From IMG/VR virus record IMGVR_UViG_3300025327_000717, positions 1 through 64,000 of that record: 64,000 bases of DNA. One strand, given 5' to 3'. The first letter of the stretch is position 1. Every line of letters begins with the position of its first letter. A program made the translations under genes and the position numbers. Of this stretch, positions 27,254-37,062 are shown one piece after another. The notes under the pieces were generated by a model. That model ran no database searches. It saw nothing but the letters and a program-made list of their open reading frames with translations, and was not told where the DNA came from. Source of the DNA: a virus.

Positions 27254-27531
27254 CCATCCTGGAGTTCGTCGTCGCGATCAACGCCGGCATCACGGACCGG
27301 TCGCGTCGCTTCTACGTCGATCTCGTCAGCTCGGCTGGCGGGAGGCTCACGGCAACGCTCATGACCAGGACCCTCGACGCGAACGGGCTAGTCTTAGAGA
27401 GGCAGGAACTCGGGTCGGTCCAACTCTACGCAGATGACGGCTTGGTCCAATCGGTCATCCTGCTGCAGAGCGCACCAGTGAGGGTACTACGTCATCTGGA
27501 ACGTCACGTACCAGAGGTCCCAGTCAAGTGA
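27250..27531 (+). CDS. hypothetical protein
   Basis: coupled. Confidence 0.65.
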   Translation: MTILEFVVAINAGITDRSRRFYVDLVSSAGGRLTATLMTRTLDANGLVLERQELGSVQLYADDGLVQSVILLQSAPVRVLRHLERHVPEVPVK

Positions 27532-27758
27532 GGATCAATCGCGAGTACGAGGCATCCGACATCGACTTTGCTGATCCTCGCAACAGCGTATTGCTCGCAG
27601 TATCACTCATCGCGGTGCTGACGCAACCTCGTCCGGACGAGTCAGGCGAGGATCTGGCCAAACGTACCGTCGCCGCCATGCGCACGGTGCTTGAGTCGAG
27701 CGGCTTCACCATCACCAAGATCGAAGTGCCCGACATGATCCGACGGTCGTTCGAGTGA
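27528..27758 (+). CDS. hypothetical protein
   Basis: coupled. Confidence 0.65.
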   Translation: MRINREYEASDIDFADPRNSVLLAVSLIAVLTQPRPDESGEDLAKRTVAAMRTVLESSGFTITKIEVPDMIRRSFE

Positions 27759-27855
27759 ACGACCGTCAACATGAGCGCATGGCGTTCATGCGAGGCTTCA
27801 TCACAGGTGTCGGGGTGTCACTCATCATCACGCTCATCTTTCGAGGGGCGCCGGT

Positions 27856-28122
27856 ATGAGCCGGCGGGTGTGGAAGTTCCCGCTGGATCTTGAAGCGGGG
27901 TCGCAGTCACTGCGGTTGCCTCAGGAAACGCGCATCGTCCACGTCGCCATGCAGGCCGGCGCACCGACGCTCTGGGCGCTCATCGACACGGGAGCCCCCA
28001 CGGTCCAGCGCGACTTCGTCATCCGGGCTACTGGCGAGCCTGTCTGCGACGACGAGATGTACATCGGGACCATGTTCACAGAGATATTCGTCTGGCATGT
28101 GTTCGAGGTGGCGCCGGTATGA
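27856..28122 (+). CDS. phage hypothetical protein
   Basis: VWKFPL...Q...LWAL...TG...YIGT...VWHVFE. Confidence 0.8.
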   Translation: MSRRVWKFPLDLEAGSQSLRLPQETRIVHVAMQAGAPTLWALIDTGAPTVQRDFVIRATGEPVCDDEMYIGTMFTEIFVWHVFEVAPV

Positions 28123-28313
28123 GCTACAAGGTCGTCAGGTTCTACTTCGACCGTCCGGGCTATAGGCGGACCATCATCGAACGCTGCACGTTGGCCGAGG
28201 CGCAAGCTCACTGCAACGATCCAGAGACATCGAGCAGCACGGCCACGGGTGCCGCGGCACGAGCACGGACTCGTCGCATGGGCCCGTGGTTCGATGGATA
28301 CCAAGAACGATGA
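28119..28313 (+). CDS. small phage hypothetical protein
   Basis: YKVVRFY...TLAEAQAHCNDPETSS...WFDGY. Confidence 0.75.
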   Translation: MSYKVVRFYFDRPGYRRTIIERCTLAEAQAHCNDPETSSSTATGAAARARTRRMGPWFDGYQER

Positions 28314-28621
28314 TCACGTTCGAACAAGCCATGACCGAGGATCGCTTCCACCAAGGAGCGTGCTCGGTGTCGTACGGCAAGACAGGCAAGGCGAATCCCA
28401 CGGTAACCATGATGGGGTGGCGACGCAACGGCCGGACCAAGACGTGGAAGACCCGCCCAGATCAGTTCAGCATCCCGGTCAAATACGGGCTGCACTCGTA
28501 CGGCCGCATCGATCACACCAACGCATGGGCCTTCCACCTCGCGAACGAGTGCAAAGCACTCGCCGAAGTCGAGCGATGGTGGGCAGCATACGAAGCAGGC
28601 GCACACACAGGGAGGCTTTGA
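28310..28621 (+). CDS. phage hypothetical protein
   Basis: WRRNGRTKTWKTRPDQFSIPVKYGL. Confidence 0.75.
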   Translation: MITFEQAMTEDRFHQGACSVSYGKTGKANPTVTMMGWRRNGRTKTWKTRPDQFSIPVKYGLHSYGRIDHTNAWAFHLANECKALAEVERWWAAYEAGAHTGRL

Positions 28622-28791
28622 TGACGACGTACATCGTGAACGTGACGCTAGACGATGAGTTCTGGCTTGTGCACGTGGAAGGTATCGGCATGACACAGGC
28701 CAAGACTCGGGATGAGGTCGAAGCGATGGCTCGTGATCTCATCGAGGTCATGACAGGCGGGCTCGAGTTCGAGATGACGATCCGTGGCTAA
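28621..28791 (+). CDS. HicB-like antitoxin-fold protein
   Basis: WLVHVEGIGMTQAKTRDEVEAMARDLI. Confidence 0.6.
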   Translation: MTTYIVNVTLDDEFWLVHVEGIGMTQAKTRDEVEAMARDLIEVMTGGLEFEMTIRG

Positions 28792-29089
28792 TCCGATGGG
28801 CAAGACACGTCCCGCTGACAAGCCGTATCTCATCGTCGTGCACGGCAGTTGGGAATACCGTGTGTTGAAGGCGAACACCCAAAACCCCGGCAAGGTCGGC
28901 GGCTCGTGGTTCTGTCTCGTCACGACACCCTTCACGGGCCCGAGTGGCGACATGGGTGACACGTACATCTCTGATGTGCAGGGCACCGTCACGTTCCGCG
29001 ATCCAGTCGTCACCGACGACCTGCTGCCACGCCACTTGGGTGGCACGGTGCAGGTCGCTAAGAACCCGATGGACGCGTGGGGCTTCTGA
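28784..29089 (+). CDS. phage hypothetical protein
   Basis: NPMGKTR...PY...WEYRVLK...WFC...GDTY. Confidence 0.75.
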   Translation: MANPMGKTRPADKPYLIVVHGSWEYRVLKANTQNPGKVGGSWFCLVTTPFTGPSGDMGDTYISDVQGTVTFRDPVVTDDLLPRHLGGTVQVAKNPMDAWGF

Positions 29090-29427
29090 TGGGCTACGGG
29101 ATCACGCGCATCGAACTCGACGATGGCAAGGTGTTCTTCGTCGACTCATCCGAACTCGAGACATGGCGTGAACGATCACATGATGTCACCGAGAGTGTCA
29201 TCGACTACGACGAGACGGGACTCGGAGAAGCAGCCAGCGAGCTGACCGCGGATACGTTCGACACCGCGCTCCCTCAGACGTGGGTCGATGAGGTCGTCGC
29301 AAAGACGGGGCACTGGCCGTATGGCTTCGTGTGGGTGTATCCCGGTCGCAGCATCTTCGGACTGCCGCTCCCTATCACGGTAGCGGCACATCAGCATATG
29401 GCTTCCATACGTGAAGCAGGGCTCTGA
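29089..29427 (+). CDS. hypothetical protein
   Basis: TGATG-coupled. Confidence 0.65.
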   Translation: MGYGITRIELDDGKVFFVDSSELETWRERSHDVTESVIDYDETGLGEAASELTADTFDTALPQTWVDEVVAKTGHWPYGFVWVYPGRSIFGLPLPITVAAHQHMASIREAGL

Positions 29428-29440
29428 TAGCACAAGGATC

Positions 29441-29480
29441 GAAGGATGGCGCGTGGGCTTCGGCTCATGCGCCATCCTTC
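29441..29480 (+). other. long UUCG-capped hairpin (terminator or processing site)
   Basis: gaaggatggcgcgtgggc-ttcg-gctcatgcgccatccttc. Confidence 0.6.
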
Positions 29481-29741
29481 ATGCCCCACGCACCAGCGCA
29501 CGTGGCTCGTACTGTACTGACCGGCGAGCGACTCGTTGACGACTAGAGAGGGTCATGCGGGCATCCCGTTCGAGTGCGATTGCTGCGGCGGCCTAGCGGG
29601 GCAGCGCAGCGGTTACGCGATCATCGGGGACAAGGCAGTCAGGGTGTGCCTGGGCTGCCTCGAGCCCGCCCACCGGAACGGAACCCCACAGAAGAGAGAG
29701 GCCGACCATGAGGATGTCGAGTGGGTCGGCAGGAGGAACGG

Positions 29742-29972
29742 ATGACCACGCTCAAGACCACATACACCGGCAAGACCGTGAACATCATGCCCAAGTGGCG
29801 TGCCCTCGTCCTGCACATGCTCGAGCTCTACAGGCTCGGTGGTGCTGAGGATCAGTCGTTCATCCGTGAGCAGTTCTTACGTATGGCCCATGCGGCCGAC
29901 CTGTACATCGCTCTACCTGACACCGGGCTCGTCGAAACGAGCATCCTGTCTGCCGAAGGGTTGCGTCCATGA
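29742..29972 (+). CDS. hypothetical protein
   Basis: SD AGGAGG. Confidence 0.65.
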   Translation: MTTLKTTYTGKTVNIMPKWRALVLHMLELYRLGGAEDQSFIREQFLRMAHAADLYIALPDTGLVETSILSAEGLRP

Positions 29973-30117
29973 ATATCTTGGTCGTGGCTCGCGACATCCC
30001 AAGCGATGAGTCCTTGGAGCTAGGCGTCTTCGCAAGCGTCCAACTGACCTACAGAGTCTTGCGCTCTGACGACGATCTCATCATCGCCACGATGGTGGAT
30101 CGAGAGGAAGGCGTCAT

Positions 30118-30528
30118 GTGGGAAGCTCAAGGCATCTTTACCTCGAGGAGATGAAGCGCGAGCACGGCGAAGCTGCAGACTTTGGGGTATCGCCGCCCTG
30201 TCCCGAGTGCGGCGGACCGGCCGACACCGGGGCTGGCCATGACTGCGAGGTAGATCGTGACGCCATATCGCTCGCCCGGGTCCTGAGCAGCGAGCAGGTG
30301 CGGGTCGATGAGGTCAGCACCATCTACGTGGCCGACCTCGACCGCTACATCGTGTCGCTCATCGTCGGCTATGCCAAGGATGACGAGGTGACGAGCCCCC
30401 GTGACGCTGCCTACTTCGCGTTACGGCTCACGACGGACGAGGGCAGCACGGATACGGTCTGGCGCGTCTATGACCGCCTGACCGAGAAGACGTACGAGTT
30501 CACTCAACGGGAGATGGAGTGGAGATGA
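30118..30528 (+). CDS. hypothetical protein
   Basis: CPECG motif; typical codon usage. Confidence 0.6.
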   Translation: MGSSRHLYLEEMKREHGEAADFGVSPPCPECGGPADTGAGHDCEVDRDAISLARVLSSEQVRVDEVSTIYVADLDRYIVSLIVGYAKDDEVTSPRDAAYFALRLTTDEGSTDTVWRVYDRLTEKTYEFTQREMEWR

Positions 30529-30749
30529 GCGCATGGGAGCGCGCAGCACAGATGTACTTCGACCCACCCAGCCCGGTGCCCACCTGCGACATCTGCGATG
30601 AGCCTGAGTCGTTCGAGTGGGGCGAAGAGGACGACTGGAACGGTGAGATGGGTAATCACCTGTCTTGCGAAGAACGACGTTCTCAGGATGATGTGATGTC
30701 CATCATCGAAGAACGGCTCCTCGAACATGTGATGTACGGAGATCAGTGA
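30525..30749 (+). CDS. hypothetical zinc-binding protein
   Basis: CDIC...HLSC. Confidence 0.6.
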   Translation: MSAWERAAQMYFDPPSPVPTCDICDEPESFEWGEEDDWNGEMGNHLSCEERRSQDDVMSIIEERLLEHVMYGDQ

Positions 30750-30811
30750 TCGATCACGTTCGTCCGTGAGCTCGACAGCCAGGTAAGCACGACGCACACA
30801 GGAGGACACAC

Positions 30812-31315
30812 ATGTCCACGCGCGCGACCATCCACTTCGAAGAGATTCAGACACGACGTTGGGACGCCAAGAGACAGAAGCTCATCACGTTACGCAAACC
30901 CAAGGTGAGCACAGACGCGATCATCTACCGTCATAACGACGGCTACCCCGAAGGGCTCGGGCAAGAACTTGTGCGCTTCATCCAAGAAGTGAGGCAGTTA
31001 CAGGACTCACGCCTTGACGACCCGTCATATCTGGCAGCCAAGTGGGTCGTGTTCGATGTGCTCTTACACCAGGCCTACCATGCCGCATCGAACGAACAGC
31101 GCAAGGCCGTCGGTCAAGAACCCTATTACCCAGATCCGATCCCGCGCCTCGACTTCCTGTCGATCGGCATCGTCATGGAAGACCCCGGAGACATCGAGTA
31201 CCGCTACCACGTCATCGCCGATGGCAGGGTCGAGCAGGTCACGTGGGACGGTGGATACGGTGAGGCGTTCGATGAGCACGGAGAGATCAGCACACTGGAA
31301 GGAGAGGTTGCCTAG
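30812..31315 (+). CDS. phage protein of the STR...YxHxDGYP type
   Basis: MSTRATI...IYRHNDGYPEGLG...DIEYRY; SD AGGAGG. Confidence 0.8.
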   Translation: MSTRATIHFEEIQTRRWDAKRQKLITLRKPKVSTDAIIYRHNDGYPEGLGQELVRFIQEVRQLQDSRLDDPSYLAAKWVVFDVLLHQAYHAASNEQRKAVGQEPYYPDPIPRLDFLSIGIVMEDPGDIEYRYHVIADGRVEQVTWDGGYGEAFDEHGEISTLEGEVA

Positions 31316-31697
31316 CGCGGAACGCTTCGGGCACCCAAGGTTGTGACTTGTGGCCCTGCAACCTGACTCCACGAGCAGCCGCACGTTCCAAGATAGGGCG
31401 CGCCTGTTCGCGTCGCCTGTCTCCGAGAAGGGGCCACATACGACGGATGAGTCGAGCAGCATCGTAAGTGCGCGACAGCCTCCACCTCCACAACGGCTTC
31501 ACGCTGTTCTTTTGGTGATAAGGACCATCGATCGCCCCGATACCCACGATGGCAGCGAAACGCCGAACGGTCTGCTCGTCAGACATGACCAAGGCCATGG
31601 TCGTGATCTTACCGGTAGCACCGTTCCCAAACACCCCCATCGTGCCCTCGCCCTCGAACAAACCCGTGGCCCAAGCGATGTCGATACGCGGCGTCAT
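31287..31697 (-). mobile_element. free-standing single-motif LAGLIDADG homing endonuclease-like gene, antisense to the operon
   Basis: IAWATGLFEGEGT, MSD, WRWRL. Confidence 0.7.
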
Positions 31698-31732
31698 ATG
31701 GGTCCCCACTGACGAAAGGTAGGTAAGATACC

Positions 31733-32359
31733 ATCGGACAATATCACGTCATCGTGAATCTCGATAAGCACGAGTTCCTGAACCCGTGGGACATGGGCGA
31801 GGGTGCCAAGTTGCTGGAGTGGGGCTACGGCTCTGGCACGATGCTGACCGCTCTCGCGATCCTGCTCGCAGTGAGCAACGGCCGAGGGGGCGGTGACTAC
31901 CATGCGAACGAGAAAGACCCTTCGCTCAACGAGTGGGTCGGGCGCTGGGGCGGCGATCGCATCGCTGTCATCGGTGACTATGCCGAGGATGGCGACCTCC
32001 CGGCTGAGTTCAGTGCAGGCGCCATCTGGCACGCCTGCAGTCTGGCCCGCAAGGGACTGAAGTGGGTGCCACTCAAGAAGCGCATCGCTGAGAACGAGAA
32101 GTCGCGTACGTCCTATGGCGATTACGTCGACGAGTGGAACGCGCGAGATCGCGTGGTCGAGACCATGCCCAGGTTCACGAACATCAGCGCCCCGATGCGA
32201 CGGGTCATCGAGGCTGATGGAGTCGTCCACTTCACGAGCGAGATATGGAAGTCGAGAGAGATGGACGGCACGGTGACGGAAGACGAGCACATCCGAGTCA
32301 AGAGGAGTGACGACGAGGGGCCGTCACAGATGTTGCGGCCCGACATGGTCGTCGACTGA
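31733..32359 (+). CDS. phage hypothetical protein (GQYxxxVNLDKxE type), possible ATC start
   Basis: ATC-GQYHVIVNLDKHEFL...GRWGGDRIAVIGDY. Confidence 0.75.
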   Translation: MGQYHVIVNLDKHEFLNPWDMGEGAKLLEWGYGSGTMLTALAILLAVSNGRGGGDYHANEKDPSLNEWVGRWGGDRIAVIGDYAEDGDLPAEFSAGAIWHACSLARKGLKWVPLKKRIAENEKSRTSYGDYVDEWNARDRVVETMPRFTNISAPMRRVIEADGVVHFTSEIWKSREMDGTVTEDEHIRVKRSDDEGPSQMLRPDMVVD

Positions 32360-32715
32360 TGGGCTACAGCACATATATCAACGGCGATCTGACCATCGCG
32401 CCACCACTCTCCGAGGATGACCACGAGACACTCGACGGCATCTTCGATGACCTGTGTCGCGAGGATCCGAACCTGATGATCGCCTTTGAGGATGACGCAA
32501 CTAGGTTGACGTTCGACTCTGAGGTCAAGTACTACGACGACGCCCTCGAGCTCATCGACAGCGTCATCGAGTTCGCAGGCTCACGTGGGCGCGTGCTCAG
32601 CGGCCATGTCATCGGCCAAGGCGAAGATGCTGGCGGCGATTACTGGAAGGTGGTCATCACGGACAACGCTCGTAAGACAGCGTGGGGAGAGATCACGTAC
32701 GGGGAGCCTGAGTGA
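32359..32715 (+). CDS. phage hypothetical protein
   Basis: MGYSTYINGDLTIAPPL...KYY...LSG...QGED. Confidence 0.75.
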   Translation: MGYSTYINGDLTIAPPLSEDDHETLDGIFDDLCREDPNLMIAFEDDATRLTFDSEVKYYDDALELIDSVIEFAGSRGRVLSGHVIGQGEDAGGDYWKVVITDNARKTAWGEITYGEPE

Positions 32716-32779
32716 TGGGCTGGACATGCACACACCGCGATCGCGGTGAGATGACGAACCACGGAAGGATGATGTACAG

Positions 32780-33076
32780 ATGACACTCGCGGAGGCGCTG
32801 TCGCCAGCTCGCATCAAGACAAGCGGCAAGTTCACGGCCATGCTGGCCTATATCCTTGGCCAGCATGGCTGGACCGAGCCGGAGATCGTGGACATGAGGA
32901 TCACCAGCGACGACGTGCTGCTGGTCGGTGACGAGGACGACCCGCTGCTCGACCAGATCGCAGGCTCGGGCAGCGACCTGTTCCGCAACCTGCAAGGGGT
33001 GGCCGAGGTCGCAGGCCTGACGAAGGCCCAGGCCACGGAACTCATCCGTCTCGCTGAGGCGAGGACCCGCATCTGA
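32780..33076 (+). CDS. hypothetical protein
   Basis: typical codon usage. Confidence 0.7.
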   Translation: MTLAEALSPARIKTSGKFTAMLAYILGQHGWTEPEIVDMRITSDDVLLVGDEDDPLLDQIAGSGSDLFRNLQGVAEVAGLTKAQATELIRLAEARTRI

Positions 33077-33351
33077 TGGGCCTCATCGACGACGCCATCG
33101 CACGCAAGATGGATACCCATACCGGTCGGCGCATCGACTACGAGCGCATGAGTCGTGAGCATCCCAAGCAGAAGGCCGCTCTCACACGGGCCATCAAGAC
33201 GGACGACTCGGAGGTCATCGCACAAGTCTGCAAGGCCGCCATCAAGTCTTGGGATGAGTGCGGGGCGTGGCCGGACGACTGGCACCGATGGCAAGCTGCC
33301 CTCGACGCCACCCTACCGTGGACCCAGCACATCGACCTGCGGGACCTGTGA
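33076..33351 (+). CDS. phage hypothetical protein
   Basis: KQKAALTRA...AWPDDWHRWQ. Confidence 0.7.
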   Translation: MGLIDDAIARKMDTHTGRRIDYERMSREHPKQKAALTRAIKTDDSEVIAQVCKAAIKSWDECGAWPDDWHRWQAALDATLPWTQHIDLRDL

Positions 33352-33406
33352 GGATCTACCGCCGACCTGTCGGCTGGGCCCGGCGTGAATACGCGGTGTT
33401 GGCACC

Positions 33407-33622
33407 GTGAGACGGTTCGGACCGAAGGAAGCCGGACATCCAAGCATCGGCGATGAGTGTCCGGCATGTCACCTTCCCTTCGTGGAAGGTGACTACACGA
33501 CACTCGTGGCCCTCGGCCCGGGTGATGACGAAGAGGGTCGACGACGACGCGATGAGGGACGGTACTACAACGCGGTAGCCGTCGAGGTCCACTGGGACTG
33601 CTCGAGCCAAGAAGAAGGATGA
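33407..33622 (+). CDS. small zinc-binding protein
   Basis: CPAC...HWDC. Confidence 0.6.
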   Translation: MRRFGPKEAGHPSIGDECPACHLPFVEGDYTTLVALGPGDDEEGRRRRDEGRYYNAVAVEVHWDCSSQEEG

Positions 33623-33800
33623 CGATGATCGAGCCACGCAGATCACAGGATGGGTACTTCGAGTGCCCACTCTGTGGCATCCGTGGTCGGCGGTGGGCCA
33701 TCGTTGACCATATCAACCGCGACCACTGGCCCCATAGCGCAAGGCCTCGGCCTGACCTGACTAGCGCGCCGCTCGTTGGCGGTCACACGAAGGAGGACCC

Positions 33801-34442
33801 ATGGGTCTAGACGTCTATCTGCAAGATGGTTCCACTGAGATCGACCGCTGGGGTGACGATGCCCCAAAGAGCCCGACGCACCCAGACCACCTCTGCACGC
33901 CGTTCTACCTGCGCAGCTCGTACAACAGTAACGGCTTCGACGGGGTGGTCGGCAACATCATCCCGGGAGGCACGCTCTGGGACATCTTCGCTCCCTGCGG
34001 CGACCTCGAGAGCGGCAGGGTGAGGCCGACCAAGAGGGCGCTCCGTGCATCTCGGGAGAGGGCGATCGCCATCGTCGAAGCGCTGGCCGACGCAGAGGCC
34101 ATCGGTGCCGAGTTCTACGCCGACAATCCGTTTCGAGCCGAGCCTTCAGTAGTCGATAGTGATGAGGCCGCGATCGCCGTCTATCGCAAGCAAAAGCATG
34201 ACGAGAAGCGCCCGGCGGGCCCAGCCCTCGACAGCTTCTCCAACATCGACGGAGCGTTCTTCTTCGGAGAGCCGCTCGAGGTGATCGCCGCTATCCCAGG
34301 CAGGGGCTTCGGTGGCAGGGGCGTCTACCTGGTCTACAAGATGACCGACCTCGCGTGGTATCAAGCCGCCGCAGATGTCGTGGTCGAGTTCATCGACAAC
34401 GCCCTGTCGATGAAGCGCCCGGTGATCTCGTGGTCATATTGA
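33801..34442 (+). CDS. phage hypothetical protein (MGLD start)
   Basis: SD AAGGAGG; MGLDVYL...YLRSSYN...ISWS. Confidence 0.75.
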   Translation: MGLDVYLQDGSTEIDRWGDDAPKSPTHPDHLCTPFYLRSSYNSNGFDGVVGNIIPGGTLWDIFAPCGDLESGRVRPTKRALRASRERAIAIVEALADAEAIGAEFYADNPFRAEPSVVDSDEAAIAVYRKQKHDEKRPAGPALDSFSNIDGAFFFGEPLEVIAAIPGRGFGGRGVYLVYKMTDLAWYQAAADVVVEFIDNALSMKRPVISWSY

Positions 34443-34631
34443 TGACCTGCACCTACAACGTCGGCGGCCCAGACGGCCCCGACAGGGAGTGTGGACGAGA
34501 AGCTGTCTGCAAGTGGGTACGACTCGTCGATCAGAGCGTCAGTGTCGTGACTTGTGGGCGCCATGAGCGCATCGTCGCTCGCGCGCTTGGTATCGCCCTG
34601 CCGATCGCCAAGGCACTCTACCGGAAAGAAG

Positions 34632-35048
34632 ATGTCTAGGCCACAGGGAGTGGCAGAGGCGTTCGCGCGTCTCTGCCCAGACGTCCCCCCCGAACTCTCT
34701 CCAGACGTGAGGCTTGCGATATCAAACCCCTACATCTCGCTACAAGACATCGTGATCACCGGGCTCGAGGGTGGCTATGGCTGGTTCCTGGTCGAGTCCT
34801 ACAAGCCCGAAGCCACGGGCGCTGACATGGAACCATGGGCCGTCGTCTCCGAGTATCCGGATGACCCCAACCGCCACTACGCCCTCGATCGCGTCAGCGT
34901 TCGGATCGGGCTCATACGATGGATCGACCACATGCTCGATCAGGGCCTCGAGCCTGTGCATATCGTGAGCAGCCTGGAAGACATGGACCTGAACATGGCG
35001 GACTGCGTCCTGCAGTTCGCCACATGGGGAGAGCTTCGATATGGTTGA
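34632..35048 (+). CDS. phage hypothetical protein
   Basis: TGLEGGYGW...ADCVLQFATWGELRYG. Confidence 0.7.
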   Translation: MSRPQGVAEAFARLCPDVPPELSPDVRLAISNPYISLQDIVITGLEGGYGWFLVESYKPEATGADMEPWAVVSEYPDDPNRHYALDRVSVRIGLIRWIDHMLDQGLEPVHIVSSLEDMDLNMADCVLQFATWGELRYG

Positions 35049-35328
35049 ACGTTGTGCCGACTACGGGCACGAAGAGATGATCCACGGGACCAAGCTCGCC
35101 GCTGCGGTCGCAGCCGACCTCGTGACCGAGAGTGTGGCCTTCACGTTGGACCCGTTCCCGCATGACGGCTACCGGTTCTCCTTCGGACCGGAGTGGGCGC
35201 GGCTATTCCGGGCCATCGTGGGAGACCGCCAGGATGGCGAGATCACGCATGGCAGCGATAGCGGCGGCGATGACCCCGTCTATCGCAAGCAGATGACCGA
35301 TGCGGGCAGGGGAGCGTTGCTTCGATGA
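35041..35328 (+). CDS. hypothetical protein
   Basis: coupled. Confidence 0.55.
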   Translation: MVERCADYGHEEMIHGTKLAAAVAADLVTESVAFTLDPFPHDGYRFSFGPEWARLFRAIVGDRQDGEITHGSDSGGDDPVYRKQMTDAGRGALLR

Positions 35329-35621
35329 GCAAGCCACCCATCGCCTATACCAACGTGACCCACGACGACTGGGTGGCGACCGATTCGAACGAGATAAGAA
35401 CGCTCCAAGAAACGAGTGTCGTCTTAGACATATGCCCCGTCTTGATCATCGACGACGATGGTGGAGACTTCAGGCGCTGTGGTCTACCGCTCCATGTCGT
35501 GCATACACGAACGATCCGTGGAGATGATTACGGATCCTGGCCCGTCCACGACGCCTATCTCGAGTGTGGTCACACGCTCGATGACATACGGTCGTCGCTT
35601 CGGGTGGAGGAGTACCTGTGA
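35325..35621 (+). CDS. hypothetical protein
   Basis: coupled. Confidence 0.6.
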   Translation: MSKPPIAYTNVTHDDWVATDSNEIRTLQETSVVLDICPVLIIDDDGGDFRRCGLPLHVVHTRTIRGDDYGSWPVHDAYLECGHTLDDIRSSLRVEEYL

Positions 35622-35793
35622 AAGACGACGACCCCCCCGTGCATGTGACTTACCAAGACCCGAAGGCCAAAGTCGTCCCACATGATCCCATCATGGACGT
35701 AGAGGTGGTGACAAAGGACAAAGAAGGGCGGCCCTCGTTGGTGCGGCATGTATGTCGCATCTGCGGGCGCCTCATCAGCAGCGGAAGACACGT

Positions 35794-36465
35794 GTGAGCA
35801 TCCGTACCCTCATGGTGCGGCGGACGGCAAACAGCAAGACCGGGCCGGTGGACCTGGCGACATACAGGACGCAGGACTCTTGCCCGGTCACCTGCCCGCT
35901 CATGGGGGCAGGCTGCTACGCCGAGAACAACGGCCCACGCGGACGCCCCACGCTCTTCGCCACAGCGGAACGGGGCACCATCGTGGGCACAGACTATGGC
36001 CCGCTCGTCGAGGCACTCGACTCGCTCTCGCAGTGGTCGATCGTCCGCTTCAACGTAGCCGGTGACTATCTTCTCGAAGATGGATCCCCGGACATGGCCT
36101 ACATCGAAGCCACGAACCATGCGAAAGGCGACGTCCTCTCGTACACGCATGCCTGGCGCACGTTGGACCCAGCATGGTTCACCGACAAAGCCAGACCGAA
36201 CGCATCCTGTGACACACCGCAGGGCGTCTTCGATGCCAAGGCGGCTGGCTGGGCCACTGTCATCGTGGACCCGGATGGGAGCTACGGCCAGGGCACGAGC
36301 ATCGGCGCGTCCCGGTGTGTCACGTGCCCATATGAGGTGAACAAGAGGCAGTGCATCGACTGCCGTCTGTGCGCACGCGGCAACCGACCATCGGTGGTCG
36401 TCTTCCCAGTGCATGGACAACGACGCATGCTTGCCGCGACAGCGCTACAGGAGATCACGACATGA
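35794..36465 (+). CDS. Cys-rich Gp88/DUF7227-like protein (possible Fe-S or radical-SAM-like fold)
   Basis: NSKTG, SCPVTCP...GCYA, RFNVAGD, SYTH, CP...CIDCRLC, HG. Confidence 0.7.
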   Translation: MSIRTLMVRRTANSKTGPVDLATYRTQDSCPVTCPLMGAGCYAENNGPRGRPTLFATAERGTIVGTDYGPLVEALDSLSQWSIVRFNVAGDYLLEDGSPDMAYIEATNHAKGDVLSYTHAWRTLDPAWFTDKARPNASCDTPQGVFDAKAAGWATVIVDPDGSYGQGTSIGASRCVTCPYEVNKRQCIDCRLCARGNRPSVVVFPVHGQRRMLAATALQEITT

Positions 36466-36695
36466 TCGATGTCTCGATCCACACCTACCCCAAGACGACG
36501 TTCGAACCACGAAAGATCGAGCCCGACGATGGTTCGGCGCCCTTCACGTGCCTCGACATCCGTTTTGAGGAAGGTGGGATGAACGTGACTATCTACACCG
36601 AGAAAGAGGATGTCGAGTCCGTCGACCGCATCATCAGAGCCCTGGTGCGGATCAGGGCATGGAGAGAGGATGCGGCCGAGCGATTGGCTCACTGA
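36462..36695 (+). CDS. hypothetical protein
   Basis: SD plus coupling. Confidence 0.65.
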   Translation: MIDVSIHTYPKTTFEPRKIEPDDGSAPFTCLDIRFEEGGMNVTIYTEKEDVESVDRIIRALVRIRAWREDAAERLAH

Positions 36696-37062
36696 GCTTG
36701 GTGCCATCGATTTCTACCCGGAAGCCAAGCTGCACGAACTCGAACCATATGGCGTGGGATACGACGATGGACTGCTCGTGAGCCACATCGAGATAGGCCT
36801 CCCGTACAGCACATACGGCAGGCTGACTCGGGTCCCGCTGTTGACCGAGCGTGAGCTCATGCGAGAGGTACGACTGCTGGGGTTCGATCCTGTCTTCGAG
36901 AGACACGGAGCAGACAAGCTGGTGATCGGCTTCCAGGTCATCACCAGTGTGTGGACCCTGGTGCGCCCCATCACGATCGAGCGACCACCGTCCACGTTCG
37001 AGTCTGATCCTATGGCGAAGGCTCGGCTAGACCTAGCAGCGATCAGAAGGTATGGCTACTGA
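36670..37062 (+). CDS. hypothetical protein
   Basis: ORF, coupled downstream. Confidence 0.6.
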   Translation: MRPSDWLTELGAIDFYPEAKLHELEPYGVGYDDGLLVSHIEIGLPYSTYGRLTRVPLLTERELMREVRLLGFDPVFERHGADKLVIGFQVITSVWTLVRPITIERPPSTFESDPMAKARLDLAAIRRYGY

